This document shows, piece by piece, positions 17,201 to 27,144 of a stretch of 64,000 nt of DNA. The translations under genes and the position numbers were made by a program. The stretch spans positions 1,047 to 65,046 of IMG/VR virus record IMGVR_UViG_3300002446_000114. One strand, 5' to 3'. Position 1 is the first letter of the stretch. Each line of letters opens with the position of its first letter. This DNA is from a virus. Below the pieces are notes generated by a model. It searched no databases, had not been told where the DNA came from, and saw nothing but the letters and a program-made list of their open reading frames with translations.

Positions 17201-20200
17201 TTAAGCTAACTAAACAAACTGTTGATGGTCTCGAGGATTCACTCATTGCCGTCGCCGGTAACCCTGTGCTGTCAGGTAAAGTGAGTGATCTTTCAGTTGA
17301 TTTCAATTTGGATCTGGCTAAGAGAGGAATCAAGACTGTTGAAGCAAGTCTAAGGACCATCGAGCAGACTGAGTATGATATCAAATTTAAGTTCGATGAA
17401 GAGATTAGTCGCATTAAGGCGGAAGCAGTTAGGCATTTAGGTAGATTTTCAGATCTGTCAGGCGACACTGCCGCCGTTGAAGCAAGACGATTAAAGATCG
17501 TCAAATCGGTTACTGACTTCTATGATCAACAGATCTCCAAGCTAGCGGCTATCAATTCAACTGCTAAAAAGATAGAGTCTAATCAGGTTAATCAACTCAG
17601 GCAGTTAGTTAATGAAGAAGAGGCGACTCGCAAGATCAATGAACTCCTTAGAGAAGGTGAGTTCATTTCGGCTAAGCTGGTTGATCTGGCTGAGAAGGAA
17701 AACTCAGCTCGCCATAATTCATTTGGCTTATCTGAAAGAGCAAGTCTTTACAAGGAGACAGCTGCCCAGGCAACTAAGTATGCTAATCGTCTTGACTCTA
17801 TCACTGCAAAGGTTGCTGAGTACAATGAGGAATTGTCCTTTCAATCTATACAACAGATTAGAGCCACTGCCAGTCTCAAACAAGCAGAGACAGGCTTCAG
17901 ATCTTACGCCAGAGGTATCTCGGAGGCTGAGAAAAGAAGTGCAGATTTTGATAAGAAGATAGATCAAACAGCACAGAGTCTTAAGATTCTTGCAGCGTCG
18001 AGTTCCTTACTTCAGGCCGGTGATTTAGATTTGTCAGTTGATTTTGATTTTCAGGCAGCTAAGTCCGACTTGAAAGCTCTGGATAAGATGCTTGAGGAAA
18101 TTACTAAGAAGAAGCGCCTCGCTGTGATTGAGATATCTGATGAGACGAGACAAGCATCTATAGAAGCAAGAAGTAGCACTGGTCGATTCACTGGCACGCC
18201 AGCGAGTGAAATTGATTCAAAACTACTTTCTATCGAGACTGAGATTCAAAGCCGCTATGAGAGAAGGATTGAGCAGCTCGATGAAATAGAGCAAAAGTTA
18301 TTTGATATTATCAACACGCAAGGTCGTGTTCTTACGAATGAAGTCAAGCAAGAGGAATTAAGAAGATCCTCTGTCAAGGAGATTGATAAGATTCAAGGAG
18401 CCACTGGTCGCGTGAGAATCGCGGCTGAGGGGGTCGATCGAGCATTTAAGGATCTCTCAAGTAATTTAAACTCAGCGAACTCAACATCTAGCTTTTTTAG
18501 TCACATCAGTTCGATGGCTAACTCAGCTCAGCGATCGATCCGAGAATCTAAAGTCGAGCTCGAAGATCTTGAGCGTCAAGGTGCTCAGCTTGACACTAAT
18601 CAGATTCAGTTAAAGAATTCCACCAATCAACTAGAGCAGGAGTTCATTCAACTAGCTAACTCTACAAAAAGTCTTGAGGACTTTTTGAAGCAACTTGATA
18701 AGACGGTTGATGACGTTGAAAAATCCTTTAACGTCCTGGCAGCACATCCAGTGTTTAACGGTAGGAAGCTGGACATAAATGTTAAGTCAGATAGAGACAT
18801 TGGGCAGAAGTTGCTTAAGGATCTCGAAGGTGCGATGGCCAAGATAGAGGCTAAGGATCTTGATCTTCAGGTTGATCTTCAGCTTAACCTCAGTAAGTTG
18901 AAAAAAGATCGGGCGGCCATGGAAGGCATCTTCAAGAACATGCTTCCTAAAGATGCCGACAATAAGCTCAATGCAGCTACCCAAGCACTCGTCTTTGAAG
19001 CCAGTAGAGCATGGATAGAGATCAACAAGACGAGGCAAGCGGCTAAAGATCTGTTCGACAGTAAATATCAAGATCTTTTTAACTTTAACGAGGACATTAA
19101 AGATCTTGAAAAGGTCGACAAGCTGATGGATCGTATTGATAAGGCTCAGTTGTCAATCAAGAGAAATTCTGAGAGACAGCAAATGGCCGAAGGTATGATG
19201 TCGTCTGGTGACAATCTACAGGCTATTGCTGGCATCCAACAGATGCAAAAAGTAGGCTCAGAAGCCAGGTCTATCGGAGACAAGATTCTTGAGCTTGACA
19301 TGGAAGTCAGAGAGTTAACTGCCTCGAACATTAAGTTAACTACATCTCAGAGGCAGAAGGTAGATGCCCTTCTAAGTGAAAGAGGCGCATTGCTACAATT
19401 AGATGCTGCGGTTCGTAAGCGCAATGAACAGCTTGAGCGACAAAAGAGACTTGAGATCGAAGTTGGTCAAGCGCTTCAACTTTACAACGATCGCACAGCA
19501 GACTCTATTCGCGGTCAGTTTGCGTTCATCAATGCACTTACAGTCGTGACCTCAGTTGTGTTTGGCGTTCGCATGGCCTTTACAGAACTGATTAACGAGT
19601 CAAGGGCGTTCGCACGTACACTCACAGTAATGGAATCAAAGACAAATGATTTTGCCACTGTCTATGAGAACCTCAAGACTGTGACCAGAGAGGTGTCTGT
19701 TGAGTTTGGTAGGAGCATTGACGAGGTTGCTGAGATTGTGAAGCAGTTTGGTTCGGCTGGCTTCTCAGCTGAAGAGGCAATGTCAGCTCTTAGATCCACC
19801 ACACAGTTGATTGTGGCTACTAATGGTGATGCAGAGACATCTGCTCGTGCAATTGCTGGTATCTATCGTGTGTTCGGAAAAGAACTTAAGCAGACTGGAT
19901 CTGACATGGCCGCCTTCGCACGCATCAATGATGTGTTGTTAGGTGTCTATAAATATCACCAGGCTGAGCTTGATGAGATGGTTCAGGGCTTCAGGTTCGC
20001 TGGTAGCGCTTCGAAGCTGGCGGGCTTTACATTTTCAGAAACCTCAGCAATGCTCGCTGTTCTTAACGACAACATGATCAAGTCGGGAACGGCAGGTCGC
20101 GGGCTTCAGGTAGTTTTGGCTCAGGTAGCTGCGAAGTCAGACCAGTTTCAGGCCGCCTTTGGAGTCACTATCGATCGGGGCGCGCCATTGACCGATCAGT

Positions 20201-23200
20201 TTCTCTCAATGTTAGGTCAAGTTAATGCTCAGCTATCGTCGGGAGTTTACACTATTGCCGAATTGGATAAGCGATTTAAGTTGTTTGGTCTTCGAGGCGC
20301 AAGATCCTTTGCTGTTTTGGCAGAGCAATTTCCAGCTGTGCTCGAGGCAATGCAACGACTTGATAAGGAGACGAAGGGTCTTGGTAATAACCTGTCTCAG
20401 ATTGTTAAGAATGAATTGGCTACTCAATTTGACAGTGCGAAGCAGGCCCTGATTGGGATCGCTCGTGAGTTCATAGAGCCATTGAAAAGTATATTGGTTA
20501 TCTTTGTAGATCTTATCAAGGGAGCAAGAGATCTTTTCATTGCCTTTGATCCAATTAGCAGTGTTATTGCTTCTGTTATTTTTTTCACAGCGATCTTAGC
20601 GACGCTACTGATGACCTTAAAAGCTGTACTCACAGTTATTGTCGTGATGTCTGTTCAGCTAGGCGTATCCACGAAAGCACTAATAGGGGAGGCGACCGCA
20701 GCCAAGTACAGTGCAGCAGCTCATGCTATGTTGGCCCAGGTAAAAGCAGGTGCCACGATCAGTCAAGTAGTGGGCGCAGGAAATTTAGTCTTAGCAAATA
20801 AAGCAGTAGCTGGATCTGCGGCTGGAGTTGCTCAAGCCAATACAGCAATGGCAGCCTCTACTGTCGCTGGATCAGCGAAGCTAATCGCATTTGCAGCAGT
20901 AGCAGTCGCAGTAGTAGGTCTTTTAATCTATTTCAGTCACACTAGCAGAAGTTTGCGATCCGAACTCGATGAGCTCGCTGGGTCTTTAGCTACCGTTGAA
21001 AATAATTTGGCCGAACTTAATCGGTTCCAAGAGACACTTAATACAATTCAGAGATCGACTCTAACCCCTGATGCTAAGGCCAATTCTTTACTTCAGATCC
21101 TTGAGAAGACAAACAAGGAACTGATTCGAGGCGGGGCAATTGCTAATCAGACAAGAGACCAGATCGCGACCAATATCAATGCTAATATCATTGCTCTACA
21201 GAAAGAGGCAGATGTTCGAAAAAGGATCCTGGACCGTCAAAAGGAACAGAAGAAGATAGAGGTTGAGCTCAAGCAATTAGCTGTGGTTGACAAAGAGATT
21301 ACGGGATTCGACCTTAATAAAGAGATCGAACAGTATGATTTTTGGAAACGTCTTAAGAGTAATCCTTTCGAAAACATGCGTGTTGAGCTCTCAAAGCTTT
21401 TTGGCGTTGCAAACTCAACCATCCGTGAAGGGGGCCTAGGGTCTCCGGCCTATCTGAATAAGTTGTCTAGTAGCTACGAGGATGCAGCTTTACAGGCGAA
21501 GGCAGTCCAAGACCGGATACAGAATCTTCAAGCTTCTCTTCTTAAGTCACCAGAGGACCGAGGCGGAATCTCAAGAGGTTACGTGCTTGGGCAGATCAAG
21601 GAAGCTCAGGAAGAGCTTGAGAGTATGAAGTTCGATGAGGTTGAAAAAAGATACACCCAGGAACTCGATAAAATTATCAGGGTCATCTCGGAAGCTGGAG
21701 CGTCTCTAGCAGCAGAGGGGCAGACAGCTAAGCAGAAGTCCGAAGAGATTTTCAAAACTCTTTTTGAGAATCGAGGTTTCGATGAGAAGTTTGTTTCGGC
21801 GGTTAGGAAGGGACTTGATCGTGAGTTCTTTATTCCAATTCAATTTAAGTTAGCTCCACAAGCTACTGCCGATATCAATGATCTTCTTTACACGTCGATG
21901 GTTGATATTGTTAATACGATTGATGCTCCTCTGCCGAGTAGTGTTTTTGGAGAAGTTGCAGAGGATTTTGTTCGTATTCAAAATGAGGTTGAACTCGCCG
22001 GCGAAGCGATTAAGCAGATGCAGGGTTTGATCTTTCAATTTGATTCACAGACCAATGTGAGCGCCAAGGCAACTGATCAGTTTAAGAAGGCCAAGGATCT
22101 TCTTGATGCTAATGCAAATTCTTTTCAGACGTTAAATGAGGAAGCTCAGACGTTCTCAGTAAGAACAGACTCTGTCGATGGATTCCTTAGTGGTTTGGAA
22201 GAGATGACAGGGCTCAAGACAATTTCAATGACGAATGAGTCTTTGATGGCGATGATGACTAATATCGCCTCTCTTCAGGATCTTACAGACCAGTCAACGG
22301 TCGCTCTTTCAAATAGTTTCTGGAAAAATATTACTGACAAGAAGTCATTGGCTGATGCCATGTTCGAGGAAGCAGGGGGTAAAAGTATTTCCTCCTCCGA
22401 GAAAATGGAAGTCAGTATCAAGGATCTCGCTGGTGCATATTTAAAAACTAGGGAAGCCATTCGTTCTCTTGGTAACGAGACAGAATCTGTTTTGGCTCTG
22501 AACGCCAGCTACGCGGCTGAGTTGGCAAATGCTTTTGTGAATCAATTTTTGCCAGAGATAGAGGCAGGGTACAGGAAGCTCATTGGTGGGATTAGATCTG
22601 CCATCATGTCGACAGCAGACTTGAATCCCTTAGAGCAGATGCTAAATCGATCCATGGCATTACAGCAGCAGCTGACAGCCCAACAGCTGCGAGATGGTAG
22701 TAAGGTCGCTGCTTATCATGAAGATACAATTCTGAAGATGTCAGCAGCGTCTGGCAGAGGGCTGGCCGTAGTGATGGCTCAAGAAGCCCACTTAAGGGCC
22801 AGGGAAGCAGAGGCTCTCCAGAGTCTTCAGGATAGGATCAACGATGCCAGTGAGACTCTGGCTAAGTCAACAGGGGATGAGGAGGCTGAGAAGCAGGCTG
22901 AGAAGCAGCTTGACACCCTCGTTGAGACTTACAAGAAATTAGCCGACATTGCTAAGATCAGAAAAGAGATTTCCCTTCTTAAGATCCAGGAGGCTGTTGA
23001 GCAAAGGAAGATTAACCAGTCACTTGCTGAATCAATTCGGTTTGGTAAGCGAGCTGAGTCTCTTAGCAAGGTAAAGATTAGATCTCTTGTTGCTGAGATT
23101 CAGTACTCTCTTGAGATTCTTAAGGTCCAGGAATTGCTTGGTAGGAGCCAGGAAATTCAACAGTACTTTATCTCAGGTATCTTGGAGAGAGTAGGTGACA

Positions 23201-26200
23201 TTCTTGAGATTCAAAATGAGTTGATGGATTCGGTAGCCGAGGAAGTGGCAAGTCGCTATGAGGCCATGGCTCTCATTAAGCAGTCCCTTGACTCTAGTAA
23301 CAAGGTAGCGGGGGTTCAGCAAGACATCACGGCAAAGGCAGCTAAGTTAAATCGTCTTCTCTTTGATTCAGGTCACCTTGAGAAGCAGCTTTTAAAGAAC
23401 AAGAAAGCATCAGCCGAGATTCAATCTGAGATTGATAATAACCTGGCCGAACAAGCAAAGATCTTGACTGACATTTTAAGTCATGAAGAGAAGTACAAGA
23501 AGCTCAATGAGGAGAAACGAAAGTCTCTTGAGAATCAGTACGAGGTCTATAAGGAGATTGCCGATCTTTTAGGCAATGAAGTCTCAAGAGCAGAGTCAGC
23601 TCTGAGCGATTCGATTTCTAATCGCATCAAGAACATGGCCGACGACGAGATGTCAGCTAGACAATTAGCTCGAGCAGCGGGTGTCTCTGTTAACGATGCG
23701 ATCTACAGACGCGAAGAAGTCATTGAGACTCTTTTCAAAAGAATGAAGAAGGATTACATCCCGACGCTGGGCGAGATGTCAGAAGAGTTTCGTCTCTTAG
23801 GTCAATACATCACAGACACTGCAAAAAGGCAGGCTGCGTTTTTAAAGACATCTCAGTCCTTGGCTAAGGATCAGGCATCAATCGAGCTTGAGTCCTATTA
23901 TATGAACCTTGGTAAGAACACCAAGAAGTCACTTGAGGACGCTGGTAAGAACCTTGAGAAGTTCAAGTCACTCATCTCAGATGCGTTTGTAGGAGATCCA
24001 GAAGATCCTAACTTTGAGGCTCAGATAGCTGCTCTTAATCTGTACATTCAGAAGAGGCGCGAGCTTCAGTCCGCAGAGATGAATGTTACAGATGAAGCTA
24101 ACTTAAATCTGACAATAGCTGGTCTATCCCCAGAAGAGTTCTTCAATTTTGTCCGAGAGAGGTTGCAAGGTATATTCAATACTCTTAGCGAAGTAGCAAG
24201 TGACGATGGCTTGCTTGCTATTTTGCGTGGAGAGTATCAGGCAGCATTTGGTTTGAACGAGGCAGCAAAGAAGTCTTTTGAAACTTCAGTCAATACATTA
24301 GTTGATTCATTGAACTCGCTATCAGTAGTGATCTCAACCAGTGGCCTGATGGAAAGCCGAACTGGACCTAAACTGTCAGGCAGTTTAAAGCTGTCTATTC
24401 CTGGCTTTCAAACAGGAGGTCGTATTCCAGGCTACGGAGGCGGTGACATTATCCCTGCCATGCTCGAGCCAGGTGAGTTCGTCATTCCAAAACACATTGT
24501 GAAGAAGATGGGCTCTGGTTTCTTCGAACAGTTGAGAGTAGGTAATGTCCCAGGCTTCCAATCAGGTGGTAACGTTGGTAACGTTGCCTCTTCAGAGTAC
24601 GATAGTCTATCTGCTGATCTTATTGGCAAGCACCTTGGCGCTATTTCTCAAAATCTGATGCATTTTAGAAATGATGTTAACAAGATCGCAACTGGCTTGT
24701 ATGAACGGATTAACACCATTGAGTTAATTACTGGCGTGAACTACTCTAATCCGCCAAAAATTAAAAAGGATCTGTCCGCTGAAGAGCTGGTTGACAGGAT
24801 TGATAAGGTTTTCAGAAGTGGAGACTTGAGGGAGTATCTCTATACAGAGTTTGTCTCTCTTCACCGAGCTAACGCAACTAACGCAAAGGTCATTATTGCC
24901 AATCTCAAGGAAGAGTTGTCGAATATTGAATTCACTGTTTACCAAGATGAAGCTTCGACAAAGAAGCTAGCGACAGGTGGTCGTATCCCAGGTTACGGAG
25001 GGGGAGATACTATTCCCGCAATGCTCGAGCCAGGTGAGTTCGTCATTCCAAAACACATTGTGAAGAAGATGGGCTCTGGTTTCTTCGAGCAGCTGAGAGT
25101 AGGTAACATCCCTGGTTTCAGCGCTGGCACTCCAGGAGATCCATCTGGTGGAAGTTCTGTTATGTCGGTTGGCGCTATACAGATAGTTAATGCTGTAGAC
25201 AAAGCCAGGGAAAGCATTGACACTAAATTAGCAAGTGCGGATGAGAACATCTCAGGTGCGATCGACAGGCTACAGAGTTCAGTTACTACCACTGAGGGGA
25301 TCGGTAAGCCAGTTCAAAAGGCTCTTCAGGCAGCTCTTAAAGTGGCCAACAGGGATAAGAGTCAAGCAGACATCGATTCGATTTCAGGGACAACATCAGG
25401 GACTCAAAATATCAAAGCATCTATCGACTTTTCCAAAGTTCCGTCTGTTAAGAAGGAGCTGGATGAGTGGGTAGGACGAGCTAAGATTACGGGTATCCTT
25501 ATTGAGAAGGGTCTCCAAGTTGCGGTCGGCGGAATCAATCTCATTGCCAGTGAAATATCAGGTTACTTGGTGCCTGAGTTCGCTGCTGAGAATGCTAGAC
25601 TCAGAAAGGAATTGCTTGAGTCTATTAAGCAGATCAACAAGCAGTACCAAGACAGCGTTCAGAACCAGATCGTTGCGCTTCAGCGAAATGAGTCAACTTA
25701 CTATGCCTATCTAAATGCAATTCAGGACGCAGAGAGATCGAGGCAGCAGCAGATCTTGGATGCTCAAGACACCTATCGCGAGTCGCTTAAGAAGACAGGT
25801 CAGGTGATGATGGAAATTGTTTCCAACTTCTCCGCAAGCGTACTCTCGGGAGCTGGTGATATCGGTAATAGCATTGCCGAATCGATCGCCAGTGACTTGA
25901 AGGAAAAGGTCAAGGGAGCAATAGCCGCTCCGTTTATCTCAATGAGTGATGCGGTGGAGTCTCTTTTTAAAGGCAAGACTGATCCTACCACGAATACTCA
26001 GACAGGAGGAGTTGCTACTGGTATCAAGAATGGTGTGTTAGCTACCATTGATGGTGTGTCGACTGCCATTAACTTCCTGAAGACAGGCTCAGCAGAGCTG
26101 GAAAATATGGATCCAGGCGGTGGTGTCGAGAAGGCAGCAATGTCATTCGAGGAGTTCGCCAATAAGGTTGGGGCTGGAACCTTTGACCTTCTTCAGAAAG

Positions 26201-27144
26201 GTGCCGAACTTGGAACGATGCTTTCGGGGTTTGCGCTGGGAGCCGTTACTGATTTTGTTTCAAAACTAATCACGATGTCCATGTCGGAAGACAGTGGTAA
26301 GGGGACTGTGGATTTTGTTGAGAAGTTTATCACCGAGTTACCAAACGCAGCACCTGCTTTCATTGACAAGTTGATTGAAAATGCCGATCGCCTTCTGACA
26401 GCTATCTCAGAAGGGATGCCAATGGTTATTGGTGTCTTACTAGAAGAGGCACCTAGATTCCTTGAAGCTCTGGTTACCTCGCTCGAGCAGAATCTTCCAA
26501 ATATTATCCAGGCATTGGCGGATGCCCTTCCAATCCTGATCCAGAAACTTGTTCCTATCCTAAGCCGACTGGTGATGCTTGTTATCAGTCAGATTCCAGT
26601 TATCTTGGAGGCACTGGCGGAATCTATACCCACACTCATGATAGAGGTGCTCAAGCAATTGCCTATGATTGCACTGGAGCTTCTCAAGGCGATTATAACG
26701 GCCATCCCTCGAATGATAGGAGGTTTCTTCAGCGGTATATTTGGAGGTATTTTCCATCAGGGTGGAGTTGTAAATACACCTACTCAAGAAGCATTGATCT
26801 TGGCGAAGAAGGGTGAGGGGATTTTGACTCCAGAAACTGTTAGGCGAATTGGTGGAGCATCTGCTATTCAAGCATTAAACGCAGGCATGGATCCTAATCA
26901 GTTGGCACCAAACATTGTTGACCCTATGAACCTGGCGAGACAGACCAAGATAGAGAAGATCTCACCGACTCAGAATCAGAATAATTCGGTGGTTAACAAT
27001 AGCTTCTCGATGTCAGTGCCAATTACAGGAAACGAGACCGACCGAGACCTACGAGCTAAAGCTGATACCCTGATTGAGATGGTTGACGAGGGTCTCACTC
27101 GCTTGGCTAAAGACAGAAAATCTAAGTTCGCGAGAAGAGCATGA
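14236..27144 (+). CDS. Tape measure protein, 4302 aa, with TP901-type core
   Basis: Long Ala/Leu/Glu-rich helical ORF. TP901-like core at about 19570-20480 (FGSAGFSAEEAM...LAVLNDNMIKSGTAGRGL); C-terminal GGRIPGYGGGD.IPAMLEPGEFVIP motifs; follows the chaperones. Confidence 0.95.
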   Translation: MSDQELKVGVVFEFKGIDDIEQIGVAVEKAMKSALGQFGVKGGVLEVRMANVDEFKAAIAQFNSVVQELAKTLRDAKVSVQPAEGSDRPKKTGGQSSGALGHQGRAQIDLDMNLSFDELVDQATKIASSLMAPLTPIERKLLNIKELFYGIASANTEFEQSIIATKLSVNSLEQSFSGFENKFRNAMGGAGSMILKSVQDVDNKFKLFGQRAVGGISIIDKTMSAMFRGNLNEMAKYLVSLGADIDNQLAEAQAEFNKVMQNPKMASQEKDLAQGRLAAAKAAAERGKATLDALAQDVDRMDGIIRRQEDQAKRRSRFERDSANIENRIAANLQSDFTKDIGNIIGEGDSASIRALTDNYEGLGRSLTNQIKQAEKLGESIRSSHQEANASISETQVELQRLQSQYNNATDDSARMELTARISMMQSVIDNTEEYAQALGLEQRRIEENIVRLKDRKVIANQMLETLRQERREAEEVAKANENAFRGAVKARRALEVASGNNILGAGLSLLDPSSLTDLKAAENALSKLDSAIIKAEASIKQMESAYSSQMDKIYSKAKNREGEFSVFGPDADLDAEQAAAYADLIDKQVNGLNKKMQREVENNELQIASAKSLRAISGQAVETFIAHAKSVQNVNNELDKQVGIQEKLKRARANLVSGTALLATGESDLGYAEVKLSADAYRSLNREIESIITKMEIYQAEGGALTADQLKTIQVLKEYQRESQSTGAGIDVVVSAMKRQIDTLDRLRAKAAAALENPMTQIGATGLGLDYKDAQDVKGVKDAISATRSELARLSNQKVQIEIEFKADTSKLRQDLSLGEGMFSGKSSQEANAIYANVMEERRRVHNDTLDDIARSEHRLADALKNTAGKANQDFLELAEVFQKLVTNVSNSEEMIRRFGKSSALAMRALDANLVSDFDFGLSGLQTATSEMSRYAANARRMVSDLEMAKLEGVAFDSSQEAIYEELIRTEEAAIRFSNSMGQMSKDIKLTKQTVDGLEDSLIAVAGNPVLSGKVSDLSVDFNLDLAKRGIKTVEASLRTIEQTEYDIKFKFDEEISRIKAEAVRHLGRFSDLSGDTAAVEARRLKIVKSVTDFYDQQISKLAAINSTAKKIESNQVNQLRQLVNEEEATRKINELLREGEFISAKLVDLAEKENSARHNSFGLSERASLYKETAAQATKYANRLDSITAKVAEYNEELSFQSIQQIRATASLKQAETGFRSYARGISEAEKRSADFDKKIDQTAQSLKILAASSSLLQAGDLDLSVDFDFQAAKSDLKALDKMLEEITKKKRLAVIEISDETRQASIEARSSTGRFTGTPASEIDSKLLSIETEIQSRYERRIEQLDEIEQKLFDIINTQGRVLTNEVKQEELRRSSVKEIDKIQGATGRVRIAAEGVDRAFKDLSSNLNSANSTSSFFSHISSMANSAQRSIRESKVELEDLERQGAQLDTNQIQLKNSTNQLEQEFIQLANSTKSLEDFLKQLDKTVDDVEKSFNVLAAHPVFNGRKLDINVKSDRDIGQKLLKDLEGAMAKIEAKDLDLQVDLQLNLSKLKKDRAAMEGIFKNMLPKDADNKLNAATQALVFEASRAWIEINKTRQAAKDLFDSKYQDLFNFNEDIKDLEKVDKLMDRIDKAQLSIKRNSERQQMAEGMMSSGDNLQAIAGIQQMQKVGSEARSIGDKILELDMEVRELTASNIKLTTSQRQKVDALLSERGALLQLDAAVRKRNEQLERQKRLEIEVGQALQLYNDRTADSIRGQFAFINALTVVTSVVFGVRMAFTELINESRAFARTLTVMESKTNDFATVYENLKTVTREVSVEFGRSIDEVAEIVKQFGSAGFSAEEAMSALRSTTQLIVATNGDAETSARAIAGIYRVFGKELKQTGSDMAAFARINDVLLGVYKYHQAELDEMVQGFRFAGSASKLAGFTFSETSAMLAVLNDNMIKSGTAGRGLQVVLAQVAAKSDQFQAAFGVTIDRGAPLTDQFLSMLGQVNAQLSSGVYTIAELDKRFKLFGLRGARSFAVLAEQFPAVLEAMQRLDKETKGLGNNLSQIVKNELATQFDSAKQALIGIAREFIEPLKSILVIFVDLIKGARDLFIAFDPISSVIASVIFFTAILATLLMTLKAVLTVIVVMSVQLGVSTKALIGEATAAKYSAAAHAMLAQVKAGATISQVVGAGNLVLANKAVAGSAAGVAQANTAMAASTVAGSAKLIAFAAVAVAVVGLLIYFSHTSRSLRSELDELAGSLATVENNLAELNRFQETLNTIQRSTLTPDAKANSLLQILEKTNKELIRGGAIANQTRDQIATNINANIIALQKEADVRKRILDRQKEQKKIEVELKQLAVVDKEITGFDLNKEIEQYDFWKRLKSNPFENMRVELSKLFGVANSTIREGGLGSPAYLNKLSSSYEDAALQAKAVQDRIQNLQASLLKSPEDRGGISRGYVLGQIKEAQEELESMKFDEVEKRYTQELDKIIRVISEAGASLAAEGQTAKQKSEEIFKTLFENRGFDEKFVSAVRKGLDREFFIPIQFKLAPQATADINDLLYTSMVDIVNTIDAPLPSSVFGEVAEDFVRIQNEVELAGEAIKQMQGLIFQFDSQTNVSAKATDQFKKAKDLLDANANSFQTLNEEAQTFSVRTDSVDGFLSGLEEMTGLKTISMTNESLMAMMTNIASLQDLTDQSTVALSNSFWKNITDKKSLADAMFEEAGGKSISSSEKMEVSIKDLAGAYLKTREAIRSLGNETESVLALNASYAAELANAFVNQFLPEIEAGYRKLIGGIRSAIMSTADLNPLEQMLNRSMALQQQLTAQQLRDGSKVAAYHEDTILKMSAASGRGLAVVMAQEAHLRAREAEALQSLQDRINDASETLAKSTGDEEAEKQAEKQLDTLVETYKKLADIAKIRKEISLLKIQEAVEQRKINQSLAESIRFGKRAESLSKVKIRSLVAEIQYSLEILKVQELLGRSQEIQQYFISGILERVGDILEIQNELMDSVAEEVASRYEAMALIKQSLDSSNKVAGVQQDITAKAAKLNRLLFDSGHLEKQLLKNKKASAEIQSEIDNNLAEQAKILTDILSHEEKYKKLNEEKRKSLENQYEVYKEIADLLGNEVSRAESALSDSISNRIKNMADDEMSARQLARAAGVSVNDAIYRREEVIETLFKRMKKDYIPTLGEMSEEFRLLGQYITDTAKRQAAFLKTSQSLAKDQASIELESYYMNLGKNTKKSLEDAGKNLEKFKSLISDAFVGDPEDPNFEAQIAALNLYIQKRRELQSAEMNVTDEANLNLTIAGLSPEEFFNFVRERLQGIFNTLSEVASDDGLLAILRGEYQAAFGLNEAAKKSFETSVNTLVDSLNSLSVVISTSGLMESRTGPKLSGSLKLSIPGFQTGGRIPGYGGGDIIPAMLEPGEFVIPKHIVKKMGSGFFEQLRVGNVPGFQSGGNVGNVASSEYDSLSADLIGKHLGAISQNLMHFRNDVNKIATGLYERINTIELITGVNYSNPPKIKKDLSAEELVDRIDKVFRSGDLREYLYTEFVSLHRANATNAKVIIANLKEELSNIEFTVYQDEASTKKLATGGRIPGYGGGDTIPAMLEPGEFVIPKHIVKKMGSGFFEQLRVGNIPGFSAGTPGDPSGGSSVMSVGAIQIVNAVDKARESIDTKLASADENISGAIDRLQSSVTTTEGIGKPVQKALQAALKVANRDKSQADIDSISGTTSGTQNIKASIDFSKVPSVKKELDEWVGRAKITGILIEKGLQVAVGGINLIASEISGYLVPEFAAENARLRKELLESIKQINKQYQDSVQNQIVALQRNESTYYAYLNAIQDAERSRQQQILDAQDTYRESLKKTGQVMMEIVSNFSASVLSGAGDIGNSIAESIASDLKEKVKGAIAAPFISMSDAVESLFKGKTDPTTNTQTGGVATGIKNGVLATIDGVSTAINFLKTGSAELENMDPGGGVEKAAMSFEEFANKVGAGTFDLLQKGAELGTMLSGFALGAVTDFVSKLITMSMSEDSGKGTVDFVEKFITELPNAAPAFIDKLIENADRLLTAISEGMPMVIGVLLEEAPRFLEALVTSLEQNLPNIIQALADALPILIQKLVPILSRLVMLVISQIPVILEALAESIPTLMIEVLKQLPMIALELLKAIITAIPRMIGGFFSGIFGGIFHQGGVVNTPTQEALILAKKGEGILTPETVRRIGGASAIQALNAGMDPNQLAPNIVDPMNLARQTKIEKISPTQNQNNSVVNNSFSMSVPITGNETDRDLRAKADTLIEMVDEGLTRLAKDRKSKFARRA
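24460..25088 (+). repeat. Direct repeat inside the tape measure gene: identical 68-bp copies at 24460-24527 and 25021-25088
   Basis: ATGCTCGAGCCAGGTGAG...GGTTTCTTCGA is identical in both copies. The flanks encode similar peptide but differ, mostly at synonymous positions. Confidence 0.95.

Noticed and set aside
6482-17201. 14-bp match ATGTCTAAGGACAT at 6482 and 17188
   Set aside because: Several chance 14-mer pairs are expected in 64 kb, and only two copies were found.
24412-25120. TMP repeat pair as a DGR template/variable repeat
   Set aside because: Differences are synonymous and not adenine-specific, both copies are in-frame coding, and no reverse transcriptase is present.
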